A stretch of 64,000 nucleotides of DNA, taken from the NCBI GenBank assembly GCA_951406725.2, contig OX597830.1, forward strand, positions 26,040,001 to 26,104,000. The letters run 5' to 3'. Shown here in pieces: positions 55,716 to 64,000 of this stretch. The notes under the pieces are model-generated. The model did no database searches and was not told where the DNA came from. It was given only the letters and a program-made list of their open reading frames with translations. The stretch's first letter is position 1; each line of letters opens with the position of its first letter. Position numbers and translations under genes: made by a program. The stretch comes from Octopus vulgaris. Its lineage: Eukaryota.

Positions 55716-55717
<2 letters not shown>
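55474..55717. repeat. Nested inverted-repeat element, copy 2
   Basis: As 54651-54878 but retains 16 bp (aatattattcattcga) missing from copy 1. Confidence 0.85.
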
Positions 55718-55810
<93 letters not shown>

Positions 55811-55814
<4 letters not shown>

Positions 55815-56420
55815 TCAAAACTGCCGACAAGTGGTATAATCACCACCCTGAGGCTGTAACTGAAGGAGAAAATGTAACCATTCTGTGGGACTTTCCAGTA
55901 CATACAGACCGAACCATCAAGGCCAATAAACCAGATATTGTTGTGAAAGACCAAAACAATAAAGTTTGCTTATTGATCGACATGAGCATCTCCTGTGATC
56001 ATAATATCTCAGCGAAAGAGTTTGACAAGCTCAGAAAATATAAAGACCTACTCATTGAAATTGAGAAAATGTGGCATCTCAAGGCGGTTACAATACCAGT
56101 GATCGTAGGAGCACTAGGAATGATCAAGAAGGGAACCGAAAATTATATGAGAATGATCCCTGGCTTACCATCCCTGCAAGAAGTGCAAAAGATTGTCTTA
56201 ACTGGTATATCACACGTATTGAGAAGAGCATTGTCGATGTGAGAACTGTTGCTGCTCATGTATTTTAATTTAACTTTAAAAAAAATAAAAAAAATTAAAA
56301 TGAACGAACTACTGAGTTTGGTTTAATGGCCTACCAATATACACTATGAGTTTCTTTGCCCTAGGAGTCGGGAAGACACTCGGCAAGAAATGGAAGAAAA
56401 TTTGAAAGAAGAAAAAAAAA

Positions 56421-56421
<1 letters not shown>
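55811..56421 (+). mobile_element. R4/Dong-like 3' fragment, same family as 31470-32391
   Basis: Near-identical RLE ORF end and 3' UTR, with (TAA)n on both sides. Confidence 0.95.
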
Positions 56422-56460
<39 letters not shown>

Positions 56461-56692
56461 GGTGCATTAGGCATGATAAAAAAATATTCAGACAAATACA
56501 TAACAAAAACACCAGGACTTACAAACACATATAAGATACAGAAAATAGCACTACTAGGCACTGCACACATCCTACGCAGAACACTTTCCATACAATAACC
56601 ATCAGAGCATCACAACAAATCACAGCACATACCCAAGGCACACAGAGCTGCGCTCGGTAGTGAGGTGAAAGCACGCTATAAAAATAAAACTA

Positions 56693-56695
<3 letters not shown>
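56461..56695 (+). mobile_element. R4/Dong-like 3' fragment, same family as 52203-54580
   Basis: Matches 54346-54580, with (TAA)n on both sides. Confidence 0.95.
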
Positions 56696-56738
<43 letters not shown>

Positions 56739-56741
56739 CTA

Positions 56742-56887
<146 letters not shown>

Positions 56888-58184
56888 TAATGGTGTTTTC
56901 TGAGAAGTTGCCGTCTTTATTCGTACAGGCAAATTGTCAAAGTGTCTACAGAAAATGTTGTATATTATTATTATAGTTGTGCTAATTATAAACGATGTGA
57001 TCGCCACAATACTTTCGTAATTAGTTTATAACTTTTACAATGTTTTTAGTTCAGCAGCTACATCGTTGTAATTCTATCAATACAATATTATATTCATTCG
57101 ATATTGCTATGTTGATAACTGGTATGTTGCTGTCACTTTTGATATGGAAAAACTGTCACGTTTATTGTGTTATATTTCATAGTTTACAGATTAGACTTCT
57201 ACAGTATTTCCAAAGTGTCATCTCCAAGACGGGTGGAAGTTCTAGTTAATGACACAGAGCATTGTCTTCTTGAAATAATTTAAATAACTTGGCATAAATG
57301 TCTGTGAGCTGTCTATATTTATTTCTTCATATTTCTGTCTATGCCGATCGTTTGCAGCCCTTTGTATTATCACGTATACACGTATGTCTAACCTTCTACA
57401 TTGACATACGTCTACAGACACATCCATATACATTTTCTTTTCATTCATCTTGCTTTTTTGTAACGAGAAATAGACAGGATTTTGAAATTTAGACAAGGAT
57501 TGAGAACTAAAGAACAAAGATTCTTTGGAGGCTCAAATTAGAATTTATTATTTTTTTTCCATCATCAACAGAAGCATTTTTAGATCCTTCCCTGATTAGT
57601 GTAATCTGGGGTAAATTCTTAACCTCTCCTTTTTGCTTCAGGAAAATGCATTCGGAAGGTAAATGTCCCTGGAAATAGTTTGTATGCAATCACTTAGAAT
57701 TTCCTCCCTTTTCTTTCTCAATTATAGTAAGAGGTCTCTATGAAGAAATGGGGAAGAAGGAAAAGATAAATGAAACCATTCATTCCATGAATGTCTTCTA
57801 CACTATAATTATTGTCCATATATAAATGTTCCGCTTCGTAAAAAGTTTAATTTATATACCTCGTGTTATATCCTGCGGATGACTTCTACAAAGAGTGAAA
57901 TGATTCATGTATTGTTACCTAAAACCATCGTAGTAATATAAGTATGATAAATATGTACATTCAGTTCGTCTTTATTCTCAGTTTTAAATAGAACCATCTA
58001 ATTCCGACCAAATATTAGGGCGAACTGATTATTTTCCTTGTAGTAACTTTCCCCTAAAGTATTCCACTTCTTATTTATTTATCAACAGTTTATTTGTAAA
58101 GTCAACTACAGTCCAACGAATTTCTTTGCATTGCTGCTCTGCTGGTGGTGAAAACCGTAAATTTATTATCCAATTCCATTGCAG

Positions 58185-58355
58185 GTATCGCACAAATCCT
58201 TTGACGATCGAATTCTGAAGTTCACCATGTTTGATGTGGATCGTCACCGACGTCATAATGTAATTGGACACGCATTGTTCCCGCTCAAAGAATATGATTG
58301 CGAGAATAACGAGAGAATGGTTATTTGGCGGGATCTCGAGAAAGAAGTGTCAGAG
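58185..58355 (+). CDS. SYT15: Synaptotagmin-15-like, internal exon (end of C2A)
   Basis: ccattgcag|GTA...GAG|gttaga, 171 nt, phase 0-0. Encodes VSHKSFDDRILKFTMFDVDRHRRHNVIGHALFPLKEYDCENNERMVIWRDLEKEVSE. Confidence 0.92.
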
Positions 58356-58389
58356 GTTAGAAATAAATTTCCTATTCTCATTTATTAAA

Positions 58390-58766
58390 TCTTTATATAT
58401 AAAAGTAAGGTTGTGTGTCTGTCTCCTACGATTTAGATTCCTAACTACTCCCACATTTTGCGGTGCAGTTTAACCAAAACCGGGTATCTTATAGTCGTGA
58501 TTCATATCGAGCCCTTCTGGGTATTAGCGCGCGTCTACGATAAATCTACGATTAAAAAAAAATTACCATCATTTTTTTCGCTATTATTTAAGGGAAGTAA
58601 CTCTCTAAAAATGTCTACGATGAGTCAACGACTTTTTAAAAAATTTACCATAATTTTTTTTCCATTTTTAATGCATTTTTTTGCTATTTTTTGGCTATAA
58701 CTCTCTAAAAATGCTTATATAGTTATTTCCCTTACAAACCCGAGCAACGCCGAGCGATACTGCTAG
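58390..58766 (+). mobile_element. Non-autonomous Helitron (intronic)
   Basis: A|TC...cccgagcaacgccgag...CTAG|T. Homologous to 24764-25159. Confidence 0.85.
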
Positions 58767-58947
58767 TGTTTTTATAAAAGCTTTTTACGTCTCACTTTCA
58801 ATGTGTTCTTTCGCGTTTCGTCTTTGGCTTTACCAAACAAATGATTGCGTGGAAAAGATCGTGGAGTAAATTAACAGGTAGTATCGATTTGAATGTTGTA
58901 GAGTACGAGATAACCCATGTGCTATGTATTTGGCAATGCGACTACCA

Positions 58948-59037
<90 letters not shown>

Positions 59038-59517
59038 AAGAGCACTCACAGAGTGCAAACCTCCGCCAAGGCAACACCAACGTCCTCTCAACGATTAGTC
59101 AGAGATGATTTTTAAAATGGGAATATCTGAAATATACACCATTGCTCTCACAAACGAGAATACTAAAAATGAATCTGACCACTCTCAAATATTAAGTTAA
59201 AAAAATATGAAAAATAATCCAGAATCATTGTCCGGTACCTCTGGAAACATGGGTGTTTCAACGTTCTTAAACAACTCTCACTGAGGGACTTTTGGAGCGG
59301 GATGGGCTACTCGACCCGAAGAAAATTCTATCTGGGCCCCACCTGCAAGATTATGTGCTGTTTATCTTGATATGAGATCACCATGTCGTGCACATACGGT
59401 TGTGATGTACACTTATCAGACAGGTAGACATGGTGGGTATACTGGGCTTCGTATATTTTCTACCCCAGTGTCACTTTGATGGCGTGTACTGCTATCTCAC
59501 TCAACAACAACAACAGA

Positions 59518-59551
<34 letters not shown>

Positions 59552-59617
59552 TAAGTAATATATACTCGAATTTTACACTAATCACTTACTCTTGTTAAAC
59601 TCTTTTATCTTTTGCAG

Positions 59618-59744
59618 TCCACCTCCGACAAAGGGGAAATATTTATTGCCTTGTCTTACAACAGCCATTTGGAGCGCCTTACCACTGCTATATTTGAGGC
59701 AAGAGACCTGAAGAAAACAGACGGTAACACCAACGTTGGAATGG
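59618..59744 (+). CDS. SYT15: Synaptotagmin-15-like, internal exon (start of C2B)
   Basis: tcttttatcttttgcag|TCC...ATG G|gtaata, phase 0-1. Encodes STSDKGEIFIALSYNSHLERLTTAIFEARDLKKTDGNTNVGM. Confidence 0.88.
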
Positions 59745-59951
59745 GTAATATTTCTTGTACTGAAAAAACACACACTATTTTGAAAAACTATAGTTATCGT
59801 ATGCAAAAAGCACATCGAATATACTGATAGTTTAGAAGAAGCGTAAGCAGCTAAAATGTTCGCCATGATAAAATTATTTTAGCATTTTCTACCTTATCTT
59901 ATTTTCCTTATACATATCAACTTGTTTGTTCCTTTTCAACCTTCTATGTAT

Positions 59952-59989
<38 letters not shown>

Positions 59990-60149
59990 ACTTATATATA
60001 TATAAATATATATATATACAAGCATATATATATACATACATACGTACATACATACATATATATATATATACATACATACGTACATACATATATATATACA
60101 TACATACGTACACACATATATATATACATACATACATACGTACATACAT

Positions 60150-60566
60150 ACTTCAAGTGAACGACAGAGCCGCAGCTCAATGAAGAGCGTACTCATCGTT
60201 TTTCTCGACTTATTTGATATTCTTCATCGACAATTCGTCCCACCGGGCCAGGCCGTCAATCGAGAGTTCTACAGCAAACGTTTGAGGGAGGACGTTCGGC
60301 GAAAGCGACCCGAACTGTAGAGCGCGAAGAATTGGATGTTCCATGACGACAATGCACCCTATCACCGAACTCTCCTCATGCGTGAGTTTCGCGCCAAAAA
60401 CAACATGGTGTCGCTTCTGCACCCGGTCTATTAGGCCAGATTTAGCCACAGAGGAATTCTGTCTCTTCCACAAGTTGAAAATGCAGCTCAAAGGTCACCG
60501 TTTTAAGACAGTCGTCGAGATTCAAACGAAACGCAGAATGTCCTGTAGCCCTCGTCGTCAATACCA

Positions 60567-60570
<4 letters not shown>
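60150..60570 (+). mobile_element. Degenerate mariner transposase fragment
   Basis: NWMFHDDNAPYH...LFHKLKMQLKGHRFKTVVEIQ resembles the mariner catalytic region. Confidence 0.75.
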
Positions 60571-60611
<41 letters not shown>

Positions 60612-62603
60612 TATATATGCATATATACATGCGTATACGTACATACTTACATGTATACGCATATACATATGCATGTCTAGGCAAAGGACGTCACGAAATG
60701 TAAACAATAAATAATACGAAGTACGAGTATATGGAATATGAACTCTTTTTGCGAGCAACGAAAAAACAAATGGCAAACAAGACAAAAAACACAAAGAACA
60801 ACCATTCACCAATTGTGGGTTGTTTTATCTAATCCGTATTTCGAGCATTTCACGACAAGATACACCTTCGATAAAACACTTGCTCCCGCAAAGCAAATTA
60901 AATAAATTTGGGATTTTGTGGAGGGTCAAAATTGGTGACAAAAACAGGACAGTAAAAACAAGCAGGAAGGGCTGCTAATCCTAAACGAAGTTGTGGTGGC
61001 GAACGCGAAGAAACAAGCTTGGACAGGAGACAGACAAAAATAGGTCTTCCTGGGCCTGCTGCAACAGGGGGAAAGAAAGAAACACAAGTTAGGAGAAGAA
61101 AGAAAGATGGCCGATGGTCATGTGGGAGCCACATGAGCAAATGAGGAATAGTGAGGGAAAGAGAGTGACAGACATTTGCTATAGTTAGTCAATTCTGGAT
61201 TTTATAGCGCTCCTAAAGTGCTTCCCGGATTTTAGCAATCACTATTGACTTATTTACATCACCGTAAGCTAGCGGTTCGACAAAAGAGAGAAAATACAAA
61301 AAAGTATCAGGTTTAAACAAAAATAAGTAATGGGGTTTTGTTTGACTCAACCTTCCAAGGCGGTGTCCTACCATGACCACAGTCCTCTGACTGAAAGAAG
61401 GAAATGACAAATCGGAAAAACACATAACTGAACAAATAGGTCGAATACAAGGAAGTAAATTGTGCAACATATTTATCACCCCACGTTCCCACGTCCCCAC
61501 GTCCATACACACAAAGCTGCATACGCCTTGTTGCACATTGCCCTGTTTATTTCCGTAAACTCTGTGTTAAGAAAGTTTGGGTTATATTCAGCCATTTCAT
61601 ATTTTGTCTTTCTCTCCGTTTTGTCTGTCTGTCTGTTTGTTTGTCTCTCACATTTTCTCTCTGTCTTTGCCTCTCTTTTCTTCTTTCTCTCTCACGATGT
61701 ATTCATGTTTGTCTATGCATCTGTCTTTCTCTCCTTTCACATACGCTGTATATATGAGTGTTTATGCATTGATATAAGAATATATGTGTATATATGTATG
61801 CATATATGTTCATACACATGTATGGATAGATAGACAGATACATACACACACTCACAAAAAATTGTGCGTATGAACGCACGCACATATGCATGTATATATG
61901 TATGTATGTATTTGTATGTATGTATGTATGTATGTATGTATGTATGTATGTATGTATGTATGTATGTGTGTGTGTGTGTGTGTGCGTGTGTGTATGTATG
62001 TGTGTGTGCGCTTGTGTGTGAGCTGTGGTTTCATAAGGCCCGCTGAAACTAAATAATGTCGATGTATGCGGATCTTTAGTTTCAGCAACTGGCTTCTCAA
62101 ACATTTTTCGCCTTTGGAAAGTTTCGATCTCAACTTAACTCTAGTTTTATAATTAAATATTTCCAGGAATTGTATAAAAAATTGCTAAACTCTTTTCTGC
62201 ATTGTAGAAGTATAACCGATATATTTTACATAAATTTTAACGGCCAAGTCTTACGATACATTCCAGATATAATAAAGAAATCCAGTGGTTCTCAACTGGG
62301 GGTGCATATTTCTCTTGAGGTTCTCAAGTTGAGAACCACTACATTTCTTTATTATATCTGGAAGGAATTTTTTATTCAACATATTGAAGCCTTACTAGAA
62401 AAGTTACGCTGTACGTAGGTCGAATCATCACATCTTCAAATTTCCATACTTTTCTCCGGAGGTCACTATAATTCGAACGGCTAAAATAATGATGTACATC
62501 TAATTGATTATCTTATATCAACCACAAAATGTTTTTGTGTTAAATAAATGCTTTCATACGTCATATGAGTTGTTAATAAATCTATTTACACATATATTTT
62601 CAG

Positions 62604-62786
62604 ATTCCTATGTGAAAGTGTGTCTCTTAATTCAGAACAAGATTGTCAAATCGAAAAAAACTGCGATTGTGAAGCGAACCATCGACCCGAACTTTAGCGA
62701 GTCTTTCACTTTTAAGCTCTCTTCATCGTCACTTGATACGGCAAGCATAAGTGTTAGCACTATGCAACATTTCACCGGTGCTAAAG
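62604..62786 (+). CDS. SYT15: Synaptotagmin-15-like, internal exon (C2B)
   Basis: atattttcag|AT TCC TAT...AAA G|gttagt, phase 1-1. Encodes DSYVKVCLLIQNKIVKSKKTAIVKRTIDPNFSESFTFKLSSSSLDTASISVSTMQHFTGAK. Confidence 0.92.
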
Positions 62787-63604
62787 GTTAGTGTCATAAG
62801 TCCTGGTCACTCCGTGTTAACTTTCTGAGTTGTGCTGCACAAATTGCGGACGAAGCCGAGTTTCAGCAGAACTTTGAAAAGTTTAAAGTAGGTACTCTCT
62901 CAAGTTCTCTGAGCCGGTTACTCTGTGTCTGCGGAATGTAGGTTAGCGAGATTATAATATTCCTTTTGAACGGAACGCCAGTCTGCCACAGCTCTACTCA
63001 TTATCAAGTTTACTCATTTTCGGTCCGGGAATCAAAACTACGACCTTGGAAGCATCACCCTAACTGCTAGACTACGCATCTTCACCTTGAGAAGTTTAGC
63101 AAAATGTTATTTGCATGAAGAAAGTAAGTCCAAGATCAGCGCTCTGATTCTAAATTTTTTATGGAGTCTGAAACTGGGATAACAATCATTACTTTACTTG
63201 TAATTCGTTGTCGTGAAGGCGTATGGCTCAGTGGTCAGAGCGTAGGCCTCGGAGTCATGCGGTAGTGAGTTCGATTCCCGGACTGGGTTGTGTGTTGTGT
63301 TATTGAGCAAGTTATTTTATTTCAAGTTGTTGCATTTCAATCATCTGTAGAAATGAGGTGTGACGTCATTGGTGCCAAGCCTTTGCCTTTCCCTGGATAA
63401 CATCGGTGGCGTGCAAAGGGGAGGCTGCTATTCATGGGCGACCGCTGGTCTTCCATAAGCAAACTTGTCTGAACTTGTGCCTCAGACCAAAAATGGGCTT
63501 GACCGGTGAGGGGGTGGCTACCCCAATTTACCCTAATTCATTGTTGTTTTTAAAATTTGGTATGAACCAAATGCTCACTCTCATCCAGTGAAATATAATA
63601 ATAT

Positions 63605-63817
63605 CTATTTCTTTACTACCCACAAGGGGCTAAACAAGGACAGATAAACGGATTAAGTCGATTATATCGATCCCAGTGCGTAACTGGTACTTATTTAATT
63701 GACCCCGAGAGGATGAAGGGCAAAGTCGACCTCGGCGGAATTTGAACTCAGAACGTAACGGAAGACGAAATACGGCTACGCATTTCGCCCGGCGTGCTAA
63801 CGTTTCTGCCAGCCCGC
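63605..63817 (-). mobile_element. SINE family B, full length
   Basis: Matches 27085-27305. Confidence 0.85.
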
Positions 63818-64000
63818 CTGAAATACAATATCATCTTGCCACCGTGATGTCTGCTGCCATTGCAGTCGCCGATGGGGCAGTTGCTGCCACTCACTTGTTC
63901 TTCAATGTCACATGATAAGCCTTTTCTGTATTTTGCAGCTCTTACTCTCTTTCCCATTTCCTTCGAGCACCGTCTCATTCATTGTGTGATATAGTCACTA

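Overview
Eukaryotic, AT-rich and extremely microsatellite-rich genomic DNA. The SINE repertoire and repeat density point to a coleoid cephalopod, most likely Octopus (inference). The only recognisable host gene is four spliced + strand exons (47542-62786) encoding most of the C2A and C2B domains of a synaptotagmin-15-like protein; its N-terminal exons and last exon were not found. The rest is layered mobile DNA: Penelope-like elements (RT and GIY-YIG fragments with inverted pseudo-LTRs), R4/Dong-like RLE retrotransposons stacked in (TAA)n tracts, a HERO-like fragment, Tc1/mariner relics, two non-autonomous Helitrons, at least three tRNA-derived SINE families, fold-back elements and two tandem arrays. 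The most notable hidden layer is about 9-10 type I hammerhead ribozyme motifs from several unrelated small elements. One has a canonical core inside a 127-bp palindrome, several have recurrent non-canonical cores (CCGANGA, CUGUAGA), and a ~140-nt unit shows a circularly permuted junction. Almost all ORFs in the supplied track are microsatellite artefacts. Repeat boundaries were read by eye and are approximate unless a TSD or TIR is quoted.
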